A program made the translations under genes and the position numbers. The notes under the pieces were generated by a model. The model was not told the origin of the DNA and did not search any database. It saw only the letters and a list, made by a program, of their open reading frames with translations. Of a DNA stretch of 64,000 bases, positions 54,664 through 63,518 are shown piece after piece (position 1 is the stretch's first letter; every line of letters begins with the position of its first letter). This DNA comes from a virus. Location: the IMG/VR virus record IMGVR_UViG_3300045988_140928, positions 32,001-96,000 of that record; one strand, given 5' to 3'.

Positions 54664-55005
54664 TTAGTCGTCCTCCTCTGCTTCTGCTAATTGTGTTTCT
54701 AAATCAGCTACTTGATCTTCGTATTCAGCACGAACGTCATCAACAAAATTATCCCACTCATCGTCTTTTTGATCTAACTCGTTATCAAGGTTAGTAATTT
54801 GTGCAGTAGCCTCTCCAAGCAATTCAATTAAGCTGATAGCTAAGTCGCTGAAACGATCCTGTTCATTATCATAATATTTTGGATCTATATCTCGAAGGGT
54901 AGCATTAACATAATCAAGCCAACGGGTACGACCATTAGCAAGTCTAGCGTCTACATCAATGTTTTCGCCTGCATGAGCAATAAGCTCTTTAGTAGTAATT
55001 GCCAC
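54664..55005 (-). CDS. acidic hypothetical protein
   Basis: 113-aa ORF. Confidence 0.45.
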   Translation of the reverse strand: MAITTKELIAHAGENIDVDARLANGRTRWLDYVNATLRDIDPKYYDNEQDRFSDLAISLIELLGEATAQITNLDNELDQKDDEWDNFVDDVRAEYEDQVADLETQLAEAEEDD

Positions 55006-55115
55006 AATAAGTAATCCTCACATTCAACTAAAATTGGACTAATTAAGACAAAAATAAAAAGCCCTATGTATAACTTAAGTATAACATAAGACTAGTTGAT
55101 GTCAATTATTTAATT

Positions 55116-55769
55116 TTAATACCAACCATGTGATTGCCAGAATGATTGAGCATTAGCCCATGACCCATAGCGATTAGTAACGTATTGTTGAGCTACTCGT
55201 TCTTGGTTAGCTTCTGAATAGTCACCATTTAAGTAAGAAGCGTCTAATTGGTAACGTCCAATATAACGTCCATTAGTAGCTCCATAACTACCGCCAGACT
55301 CACGGTTAGCAATCCATTCTTTAGCTGATTGTTCTGAACCAGAAACAACTGGTGTAGCTGATTGACTTTGAGCTGGAGTAGTAGGTTGTTGTACAGGAGC
55401 TTGTGACTGTACTGGTTGAGTAGTTTGTACAGGTTGAGTATTAACAGTAGCTTGACTAGCTGGTTGAGCTTGGTTAGCTACTGGAGTTTGTACATTATTA
55501 GTAGTTGGTTGTTGCGCTTCTGGGGTAAGCACTAAAATATCACCAACGAAGATCTTGTTAGCATCGCTAAGTTGACTAGCAGATGCAATTGTTGATATAT
55601 CAGTTCCGTACTTGTTAGCGATGCTAGAAACAGTATCTCCAGCTTCTACACGTACATGAGTATCATCAATCTTAGTGTCAGCATTAGCTGTAGTAGCACC
55701 AAGTAAAGCACCAGCCATAACAGCACCGGCTAAAGCGAATTTAATATTGTTCTTCTTAGATAATAAAAT
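55116..55769 (-). CDS. secreted LysM plus lysozyme-like (Apf/transglycosylase-like) protein; probable AUU start
   Basis: The ORF-track Met falls inside a signal peptide. The frame extends to ATT 55769: (I)LLSKKNNIKFALAGAVMAGALLGATTANA. LysM motif VEAGDTVSSIANKYG. C-terminus AKEWIANRESGGSYGATNGRYIGRYQL. Confidence 0.6.
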   Translation of the reverse strand: MLLSKKNNIKFALAGAVMAGALLGATTANADTKIDDTHVRVEAGDTVSSIANKYGTDISTIASASQLSDANKIFVGDILVLTPEAQQPTTNNVQTPVANQAQPASQATVNTQPVQTTQPVQSQAPVQQPTTPAQSQSATPVVSGSEQSAKEWIANRESGGSYGATNGRYIGRYQLDASYLNGDYSEANQERVAQQYVTNRYGSWANAQSFWQSHGWY

Positions 55770-55945
55770 AAACCATCTATCCTTTCGTTTACATATGAAT
55801 TCTTTGTTTGTTCATATAAAATTCATATTTGATTACATCTTTACTATAGCACGCACCTATTACAGAACAACTACAGCAATGTTACAACAATATTACAGAA
55901 TTAAGGCAAAATAAAAAGACCTGTCAATTAGACAAGCCCTAATTC

Positions 55946-56281
55946 TTAATTATTATCTTTTGAACTGAGTAAACGTTTGAGGAATTCGATACTATCATCA
56001 TCTAAATCAATACCGTCAGAAGTAACTATTTCTAAGTCATCTTCATCTAATTCTTCATCAATATCATCGTCACTAGTAAGAATACCATTAATAATAGCAT
56101 TAGCTAATTCTTGAGGGTAACCATTAACTTCGCAAAGAGCGTCAACAGCTACACCAATTGAAAAGATGATGTCGTCAAAATTAACTCCATCCCAAGTATC
56201 ACCCATCTTTTCAATTAGGTCTTGGGCCATATCAATAGCATGTTCATAGTCTGCTTGTTGTTTCTTATTAAGTTCAGTCAT
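55946..56281 (-). CDS. acidic hypothetical protein
   Basis: Start MTELNKKQQ with GGAAAGGAAG SD. Confidence 0.45.
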   Translation of the reverse strand: MTELNKKQQADYEHAIDMAQDLIEKMGDTWDGVNFDDIIFSIGVAVDALCEVNGYPQELANAIINGILTSDDDIDEELDEDDLEIVTSDGIDLDDDSIEFLKRLLSSKDNN

Positions 56282-56343
56282 TATTATAACTTCCTTTCCT
56301 TTAATATGTTTCATATTTTAACTTCGATATTCTTGGAAGTCAA

Positions 56344-57126
56344 TTAGTTTTTACTTTTAATTGCTTCTTTTGCTAAATCCATTAGCTTTCGATCTGGAGT
56401 AGTGTAAACAAATAATACGTTAGGGAAATCTGCTAATCGTCTAACAATATCTTCTAATAAATCTGCATTTTTAACTTTTTGCCCATCAGTTTTAAGAAAT
56501 CCGTTTTTAATCCAAGTAGCTAACCAGCTTTTTCTAGTAAAGATATTAATTAGGTACTGATTATTAGTTCTTATCAAAATATGTTTTCTTTTATTTCCTT
56601 TATAATCTTTAAGAAAATAGTCTAAAGCTTTAAGAGCTAATCTAGGAGTATTATCCATTGTAACTTTAGCTAACGACCTATTATTTTTCTTATCCTTATT
56701 ATGATTAATTGAATATGCAAAAGCACCATAAGACTTATTAGGTTTATATCCTAACAAAGCAACATTACAAGTGATATTAGTAGGAATAGATTCTACTACC
56801 TTTAAAGGGGCGTAATTAATATGTTTTAAACTCTTTAATTTTTGAGGTTTATTTCTACGTTTATAGTTATGAATGAATATTCCAGCCTGTCTTTTAGATC
56901 TGAACTTCCTAAAGACTGGATCAGGATAATTTAGAATTTCTTTTTCACATCTGTTCCAATTATTGTAAATCCCAGTATGCCACCCTTTAGCAACTGCATA
57001 ATAGTAACCATTATTAGAGCTATAATTATACCCATAATTATTTCTTTTCCTTCTTTTACGCTTTTTATTATTTTTGGACTTACTGCCGGACTTTCTGAAA
57101 AAGATCTCGTCAACATAATTTGTCAT
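56344..57126 (-). CDS. RNase H1-like protein with N-terminal hybrid-binding domain and degenerate catalytic residues
   Basis: YYAVAKGWHTGIYNNWNRCEKEILNYPDPVFRKFRSKRQAGIFI is an HBD pattern. WLATWIKNGFLKTDGQKVKNADLLEDI aligns with the RNase HI basic protrusion. The D10, E48 and D70 equivalents read L, L and N. Confidence 0.6.
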   Translation of the reverse strand: MTNYVDEIFFRKSGSKSKNNKKRKRRKRNNYGYNYSSNNGYYYAVAKGWHTGIYNNWNRCEKEILNYPDPVFRKFRSKRQAGIFIHNYKRRNKPQKLKSLKHINYAPLKVVESIPTNITCNVALLGYKPNKSYGAFAYSINHNKDKKNNRSLAKVTMDNTPRLALKALDYFLKDYKGNKRKHILIRTNNQYLINIFTRKSWLATWIKNGFLKTDGQKVKNADLLEDIVRRLADFPNVLFVYTTPDRKLMDLAKEAIKSKN

Positions 57127-58200
57127 TATTACCACTCCTTATTCAAATTATCCATATGATAACTTCAAAAGTTGAAGAAGTAAATCACAAGTTCAATTAA
57201 TCGTCTCTTTTGACCTTTGTTAAATAATTCACAAGTACCTATAAAAATATAACTTATTATTTATTAGTAGTAAGCACTGAATCTATAACATTGAGCAATA
57301 TCTTATTTGTATTAAGACTAACTTTAGATAAGTAACTCTCCGTGTAATTTTAAACAATCTATTAATCTGAGTTAAATTATAACTTATTGTTACTTTTTTA
57401 CTGCTACTTAGATTATTCTTGGGGACGTACCTTTCCATCATAGGGAAAGGTAATTTCCCCAAACCCCTTTTGCCAAAGCTGTTAAATTCCAAGGAATTTA
57501 ATATTGTATATTTATTCTTAATTCTTATTTTTATACCTTAATTTTTTATTTCTTAAGTTAACATTATTTTTAATAATCTTAACTTAATTGATAAAGTAAT
57601 AATAAGGAATATGTTTAAATAAGATAATCTAAAGTATTGATATTAAGTAAGACTAGTAATACCTTTCCAGAGGGAGTGAGAGAAGAATATTTATCCCTGT
57701 TGGTTTAGAGACAAATATAAGTTAAATATTGCAAGTATATAATAAGACTACTAGTAAGTATATACTAATAGCTTTAATATACAATTACAGATAATCAACT
57801 TATGACGAAAAGGTAAACCTTTCCATCAGTCGGTCGGTCATCATTAATCAATTTATTGACTATAGCAAGTCAAGCTATAGTCATGCGCTAAGCTTTTTAC
57901 ATTCCTGTTGTCATCCCAAGAATGCTTTGTCAAACAATGTTACTTGTTTAACAGAGGTAATGAATAGCACTCCCACAACTTTAACCTCATACACTGCTAG
58001 GTACCCTAAAGCACTGGGTATCAGGATTTTTCTATCTTTTCACATTGGTTTTTAATCTATGTATGAGTAGACTCGTTTTATTAATTGACATTTACAACCG
58101 TGTGCTAACTACTACCATAAGGATGTGAATCTTTTAAATTCGAGCATCTGAACCTTATGCTTCATTCTCAAGTGTGTATGTAAATTTTAATACTGTTGAC

Positions 58201-58237
58201 TAAAAAGCTTAGCTAAGAAATGACTTAACTAAGCTTT
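58201..58237 (-). terminator. intrinsic terminator ending the candidate ncRNA
   Basis: Minus strand AAAGCTTAG-16 nt-CTAAGCTTT followed by TT. No T run follows on the plus strand. Confidence 0.45.
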
Positions 58238-58878
58238 AAAGCACGAAATGATGTTCAATATCTCAATTAACAATTCTGCAATCTCAACAGAAGCTAACAA
58301 ATCAACCTCCAGACCGTTGGGTCGTGGCGTCATCCCACTCCAACACTACACGGCGAATCTGTCGCCAGATCCTTTTCCAGACCAGATTAATTTTGGTCCC
58401 CTCTTTGTAGCGAGTTCCCTCTGTGATATAAAGTGTGGTAAGGGCTACACCTAGTTGATAATTAACACCGGGATCTCACAACGACAATAGTGCTTATTGC
58501 CCCAGCTTGCCCCCTCTGCAAATCCACCTTCGTGAGGTTTCATCTTGTGGTGTCTTGTCTTATCGAGGACGGTTAGTAACATCTACTATACACCCCCGTG
58601 GAAAAGCTCTCCATGCCCTTTTCTCATTAGGCTGGCTTATGCTCCAATTTATATTTGTTTTTGGACTGATTTATTAGATCAATCAATAAACCGCCCTTAT
58701 ATTCAATAAAGAAATTTCAAGCGGATTGCTACTTGACTATCTTGTCTGGGAAACTTGATAGTCAAGCAACAACAATTGTCTTCTTGTTTAAGCTGTCCTA
58801 TTTCAGTCTAGGTGTATCCCGTTCCTATTTTAGGAAATAAGATTGAATCTTATTAAGACAAAGCTGTCATTTGCAGAC
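58201..58878 (-). ncRNA. candidate large structured ncRNA (about 680 nt), class unknown
   Basis: No ORF of 60 aa or more on this strand. The extended -10 promoter at 58885-58893 and the terminator at 58201-58237 bracket it. Two 60-nt lines at 58301-58420 are 34/60 and 29/60 G+C by hand count, against 7/60 at 57541-57600. The minus strand is G-rich. It has many local hairpins, e.g. a 10-bp stem at 58742-58776. Confidence 0.45.
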
Positions 58879-58884
58879 AAATAG

Positions 58885-58893
58885 ATTATATCA
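58885..58893 (-). promoter_or_regulatory. extended -10 promoter element (TGaTATAAT)
   Basis: Minus strand ATGATATAAT. The -35 is weak. Confidence 0.4.
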
Positions 58894-59024
58894 TACTTTT
58901 ATCTACTAAAACCGTTTTGTAGTGAAAAAAAAATAAAAATTTCTTGCTATAAAATCAGCATTTGGGATTGAGTTTAGAGTTATAATTAAGTTATTAAATC
59001 TGAACAACGAAAAGGGAATAATTA

Positions 59025-59285
59025 ATGTATCATGCAATTATCTTTCATACGCCTAATTGTATGAAGTGTAAATTAACGGAGAAACAACTGTCCCAGTTGA
59101 TGCCAACAAAGATGATTTTAATTGATCGTTTGGCTGAAACTCGGATGGATATTATCAGTTACATGGAAAGTCACGGAATGGCTTCATCGCCTTTGGTTAG
59201 AATTTATCAAGGAAATAAGATGGTGGACGAATGGAATGACTTTCAAGTATCAAAAATTAAACAGTGGAAAGGCAGAGTTGGTTAA
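59025..59285 (+). CDS. nrdH: NrdH/glutaredoxin-like redoxin
   Basis: 86 aa, IIFHTPNCMKCKLTEKQL (CxxC after beta1), small thioredoxin-fold size. Confidence 0.6.
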   Translation: MYHAIIFHTPNCMKCKLTEKQLSQLMPTKMILIDRLAETRMDIISYMESHGMASSPLVRIYQGNKMVDEWNDFQVSKIKQWKGRVG

Positions 59286-59347
59286 TCAAGACTTATTATG
59301 TAAAACTGTATTACCTGTTCAAATACATTGGCTATTCTAATTATGAA

Positions 59348-59635
59348 ATGGTCAACATGATTGAAAATTTAATCAGTAATCCTTATTCAGACGTTTATAA
59401 GTTACGGGATCAGTTAGACGAGTTTGAATTAGTTAAATTTAGACAGCTTTCTGATGGTCCAGTCGCATATACCGTCTGTAAGGCACCAGAATGCGCTGGG
59501 GGCCGTTTTAAGGAAATTCTAGTACCATTAGCCGAAACAGGCGTAAAACACAATGTAGATACCTCCCTGTTGAAATTACAGCTTGACACAAATGTTCATG
59601 TAGCTGAGAATCGAATGTTGTTACTCCTGAAATAA
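59348..59635 (+). CDS. hypothetical protein
   Basis: In-frame ATG (MVNMIENL...) that avoids overlap with nrdH. Start uncertain. Confidence 0.4.
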   Translation: MVNMIENLISNPYSDVYKLRDQLDEFELVKFRQLSDGPVAYTVCKAPECAGGRFKEILVPLAETGVKHNVDTSLLKLQLDTNVHVAENRMLLLLK

Positions 59636-59644
59636 GGTGATAAG

Positions 59645-59980
59645 ATGGAATTTGAGGTTATTTCTCCACACCCATTAGTTGATAATCTAAAGGGCGAATT
59701 GTTAAAAATGGAGAAGCAAGTAAAGGAAATTCTTAAAGATCCTAACTTCGATGGTTTGTATTTTACTGATGGTTACCAAGGTGAAATTTTAGTTAATGCT
59801 ATGCACAAGAGAATCATTGGCAAGAAGTTAACTGGCTATTTTGCTATGAAACCAGATCTTTCTAATAGAGATCGGGTAATTGGTAGCATTGTTAGCGCTT
59901 GGCGACAACAAGCTACAGATCAAGGAGTTATGTATTTTAATCATTTTCTTAAACAAATGTATGACGAGGACGTGGAATAA
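59645..59980 (+). CDS. hypothetical protein
   Basis: 111-aa ORF with AAGGTGA SD. Confidence 0.5.
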   Translation: MEFEVISPHPLVDNLKGELLKMEKQVKEILKDPNFDGLYFTDGYQGEILVNAMHKRIIGKKLTGYFAMKPDLSNRDRVIGSIVSAWRQQATDQGVMYFNHFLKQMYDEDVE

Positions 59981-60006
59981 TCGAAAAGACGCTTTACCAA
60001 CATGTA

Positions 60007-60486
60007 TTGGATTTGTTGGATAAACGAAATGTTCCTGTAGAGTCTTTAGGTGGGCTTGTATATGCAGGACAAAAAGAACATAATCCAGATATTAAATTAG
60101 ACGAATGTATTGACGCTGTTTATCATGTATTACATAAGCGTGAAATCCAAAATATCCTGCTTTTAGGTATTAACGTTGATATGTGGGTTGATCGAGGGGT
60201 TGAAGATCGGTATCTTGCTGAGATTCTTAAACATGATGAAGGACAGTTTCAGTGTGATGAAACGCTTTCTCATGGTTGTGTTGAAATCTTTGGTGGGATT
60301 GGCATTTCAAATCTAGGCTATTTAGATCATGTAAAGCCCGGAATTATTGGTAAGGTAGACGCACGTAAAAATAGCTGTAATGTGTTTTTAGACGACATCT
60401 TAGCTGGAATTGTTGCGTCTGCTGAAGCCTATGTTGCTAATAAGCATCCTATGGGTGTCTACCAAGAATTCGAGGAGGAAAGGTAA
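60007..60486 (+). CDS. PgpA/YutG-like phosphatidylglycerophosphatase A family protein
   Basis: ECIDAVYHVLHKREIQNILLLGINVDMW, HDEGQFQCDETLSHG, GISNLGYLDHVKPGIIG and FLDDILAGIVASA match my recollection of B. subtilis YutG. Confidence 0.55.
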   Translation: MDLLDKRNVPVESLGGLVYAGQKEHNPDIKLDECIDAVYHVLHKREIQNILLLGINVDMWVDRGVEDRYLAEILKHDEGQFQCDETLSHGCVEIFGGIGISNLGYLDHVKPGIIGKVDARKNSCNVFLDDILAGIVASAEAYVANKHPMGVYQEFEEER

Positions 60487-60487
60487 T

Positions 60488-60628
60488 ATGGTTGGAATGA
60501 AAGCACAAGTTAAACATCAATTACGTTCTAAGGGTATTAGAACAATTACAACTGATACTGGTAAGGTTCTTAAGCTTCAACAAGCTAAGACATCTGAATT
60601 AATTAAAGTAGCAAGTAAGTTAGCTTAG
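60488..60628 (+). CDS. small basic protein
   Basis: MVGMKAQVKHQLRSKG..., GAGGAGGAAAGG SD. Confidence 0.45.
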   Translation: MVGMKAQVKHQLRSKGIRTITTDTGKVLKLQQAKTSELIKVASKLA

Positions 60629-60639
60629 GAGGAAAAGTA

Positions 60640-61182
60640 ATGGAAAGTTTAGTTAGTTTATATTTTGCTGAATATCAAGATCAGGAAGTTAAGTTTCATA
60701 CTAAACGGTTAGTTCAATTAATGGCCCAACGATTTTATTTTAGTGTTTTGCATAGTAAGCAGGAAGACGTAAAACCTGTGTTCGAACGTTTTATTAATAA
60801 AAATACTAAGACTGGTTATGTTCGTTTAACATATTCTAAGAATAGGGTAAGGTGTGCATATTCAGATAAGGGTTATCTCGACTACTCCATTAAGGACGTG
60901 ATGTTAGGTCTATTAGATAACTTCAACTTAAGATCTAATGTTCTTGACGTTACTACAGAAGACTTTCAAAAGTGGTTCTTAGGAGAACTTAAGTCTCTTG
61001 TTGATCAAGAAGAAGGAGTTACTTTAGTTGCAGAAGAATCTGTGGTTCAAAGTCCGTACGATAGTAACGATAAGGAAAACTATATAGTTCAATTAACCTT
61101 GGACGTAGATTTGCCTCGCTTGGAAGTAGAAAAAGACACAGAAGGAGCAGAAGAAAAAGATGGTAACAAGACGGTTGAATAG
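60640..61182 (+). CDS. hypothetical protein
   Basis: 180-aa ORF with AGGAGGAAAAG SD. Confidence 0.5.
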   Translation: MESLVSLYFAEYQDQEVKFHTKRLVQLMAQRFYFSVLHSKQEDVKPVFERFINKNTKTGYVRLTYSKNRVRCAYSDKGYLDYSIKDVMLGLLDNFNLRSNVLDVTTEDFQKWFLGELKSLVDQEEGVTLVAEESVVQSPYDSNDKENYIVQLTLDVDLPRLEVEKDTEGAEEKDGNKTVE

Positions 61183-61681
61183 CGATCGTCAACGTGTTTA
61201 TCAAGTTCTCTATGATATTGGAGTTAAATATCCCGGTATGTTAGTAATTAACTGCCGGGATATTTCTGATAAGCAGTTGGAACGATTAGAAAAGCAGAAT
61301 AAAATTTATCGTAACGATCGAAGAACAGAGCTTGACTTTGGTTTTACTGAGCACACTTACCGGTTTGCTGGGATTACAGACCAGTACTTAATGATTGATG
61401 ATCTAGTTAGTCAAATGATTGTGATGTCACTAGAGACAGTGCAAAAGGGGATTAGTGTTAAAGACTATCAAGCTCATCCAGATTTGCTTAAAGCAGTAGA
61501 CCAGACTAAGTGTTATCTACCAGAAGGGTTTATTCCTACTACAGAAATCAATAAAATGTTTGCTACTGGTGGTAAGATGTGTTTTTATAATAAAAAACTT
61601 ACAAATATTGGTCGTTTAGGTAGCATATTGCATGCTGGCGATTTTAATTTAAATAGTAATAATTTAGAAGAGTTAAAATAG
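61160..61681 (+). CDS. hypothetical protein
   Basis: 173-aa ORF. Confidence 0.45.
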   Translation: MVTRRLNSDRQRVYQVLYDIGVKYPGMLVINCRDISDKQLERLEKQNKIYRNDRRTELDFGFTEHTYRFAGITDQYLMIDDLVSQMIVMSLETVQKGISVKDYQAHPDLLKAVDQTKCYLPEGFIPTTEINKMFATGGKMCFYNKKLTNIGRLGSILHAGDFNLNSNNLEELK

Positions 61682-61704
61682 ACTCTTCTTTTTTAATTCT
61701 TCCT

Positions 61705-61734
61705 TGACTTCTTCTGAACTTTGAAGCTATACTT
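61705..61734 (+). promoter_or_regulatory. promoter upstream of tnpB (TTGACT-18 nt-TATACT)
   Basis: Read directly. AGAGGTGA SD follows. Confidence 0.45.
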
Positions 61735-61762
61735 CGTTTATAGATGAAAAGAGGTGAAATAA

Positions 61763-62932
61763 ATGCTAAAGGGAGTAAAATTACGTTTATATCCTAATGC
61801 TAAACAATGTGATCAACTGTTACAGATGTTTGGTAACAGTCGTTTTATCTGGAACATTATGTTAAACATGGCTAATGAACGTTATAAGAATAATCCTAGT
61901 TCTTCTTTTGTTGGTGAATATGATATGAATTATCTACTAAAGCGACTAAAAATTGAGTACCCCTTTTTGAAAGAAAGTGAGGCTAGAAGTTTACAAATAT
62001 CTAATCATTACTTAAACCAATCCTTTAAGATGTTATTTAAACACCAAGGTGGCTATCCTAGGTTTAAAAGTCGTAAAGCTACTAAACAATCTTATACTGG
62101 TGATGGTAGTCGTGGCGGTTGTCATATTATAGCTAAACGTTATATGAGACTACCTAAACTAGGCTCAATTAAAACTAGTAAAACAGGTAGGTTAGAAGGA
62201 TTAAAGATTAAAAGATATACAGTTACCTTAGATCCTACTGGTAGGTATTACTTGTCTTTAATTGTAGATGATCCTAATATCCAGCTACTAGAAAAGACTG
62301 GAGCAGTAGTAGGAATAGATATGGGAGTAGCAGACTTAGCTATTACTAGTGATGGTTATAAATACCCTAAGTTTGAAGCTAATTGGTATGAACAACAAGC
62401 TAATAAAGCTCAATCACGCTTTTCTAAGCGTAGACATAGAGCTTTAGTTGGGGTAAGACAATGGAACCATAATCATAAAGATATTAAGATGGAATTAGAA
62501 GATTATTCTAATTGGCAAAAAGCTAGGATTTCTAAGTCTCGTTATCAAGCTAAGATAGCTAATAAGCGTAAGGATTACTTACATAAGATAACAACTGAAT
62601 TAGTAAAGAGCTATGATGTGATTGTAATAGAAGATTTGAAAACCAAGAATCTTCTTAAAAATCATCATCTAGCTAAATCAATTTCTAATAATAGTTGGTA
62701 CTTATTTAGAGAAATGTTGGAGTATAAGTGTGAATGGTATGGTAAGAAACTTATTAAAGTAAGTCCAAACTATACTTCACAAATATGTTCTAATTGTGGT
62801 TATCATTCAGGCAAGAAACCATTAAATGTACGTGAATGGACTTGTCCTAAGTGTAATACATATCATGATCGAGATATTAATGCTTCAATTAACATTCTAA
62901 ATAGGGGATTAAAGGAATTAAATATAAATTGA
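61763..62932 (+). mobile_element. tnpB: TnpB (IS200/IS605-family OrfB, RNA-guided nuclease type), solo copy
   Basis: N-terminus KLRLYPNAKQCDQLLQMFGNSRFIWN. RuvC candidates VVGIDMGV, VIVIEDLK and YHDRDINASINI. Zinc ribbon CSNCG...CPKCN. No tnpA in the window. Confidence 0.85.
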
Positions 62933-63092
62933 CATTATTGTTAAATAGTGCCATAATATATTTATGGTTAAGATCTAGCCACGGTAAGATAGTCTAGTTC
63001 TGTAAGTTAGGTATAGTGAATACACTTGTAATATCCTAAATACTACTAGATGTTCCCAGAAACCGCTAATTTTTAATTAGTGTGTAGATCGA

Positions 63093-63158
63093 GGTCTAAT
63101 TGGCTATGACGCACGGTTGTCTCCCGTGAGATTGAGAGTTCGAGTCTCTCTAGGACCG
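63093..63158 (+). other. tRNA-like element i (Asp-GTC-like anticodon arm, truncated D region)
   Basis: GGTCTAA TTGGCTATGACG CACGG-TTGTCTC-CCGTG AGATT GAGAG-TTCGAGT-CTCTC TAGGACC G. Only 12 nt where about 19 are expected. Confidence 0.4.
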
Positions 63159-63310
63159 TACCCCGTGTTCATTAGGGCGCTTTACTTTCGTCTTCGGACT
63201 CCTTCTAGTTGCAGATCTAGTAGGTAAAAAGGTATGCACAAAAAGAAACGATTCTGCATGAGTGTTATATCCGTGAGTAAAGTATTAGGGTGCAAGTCCC
63301 TACGGGGTGG
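63159..63310 (+). other. tRNA-like element ii (acceptor plus T arm enclosing about 120 nt)
   Basis: TACCCCG ... TAGGG-TGCAAGT-CCCTA CGGGGTG G. It abuts element i. The interior contains a GTC-TTCG-GAC hairpin (63190-63199). Confidence 0.35.
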
Positions 63311-63366
63311 TAGGAGTGTATCCTCCGTCCTACCATTATGGTATATGTAAACAAGAACCGTGTTTA

Positions 63367-63402
63367 GGCTTTTATTACGAGAATTAAAAGCCCTTTTCTT
63401 TT
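63367..63402 (+). terminator. intrinsic terminator
   Basis: GGCTTTTA-TTACGAGAA-TTAAAAGCC followed by CTTTTCTTTT. Confidence 0.6.
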
Positions 63403-63518
63403 CAGTTCTTGAAGTAAGAACGAGATAGGGGTTAGTTAACTGTTACTCACCCTATCTAAAATAATAACGAGTATAAATGCAATTGCTGGAATATACTGTG
63501 AATGTTCTAAGCAGTGTA

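Noticed and set aside
57283-58454. Short ORFs 57283..57492 (-) and 58248..58454 (+) inside the 1.9-kb intergenic region.
   Set aside because: They have no SD, odd composition and no neighbours in operon-like arrangement. The second lies antisense to the G-rich candidate RNA. I treated both as chance ORFs.
63286-63302. Cobalamin-riboswitch-like GGTGCAAGTCC core.
   Set aside because: No B12 box or surrounding junction could be found. The hairpin is better read as a T-arm variant flanked by a complementary acceptor pair.
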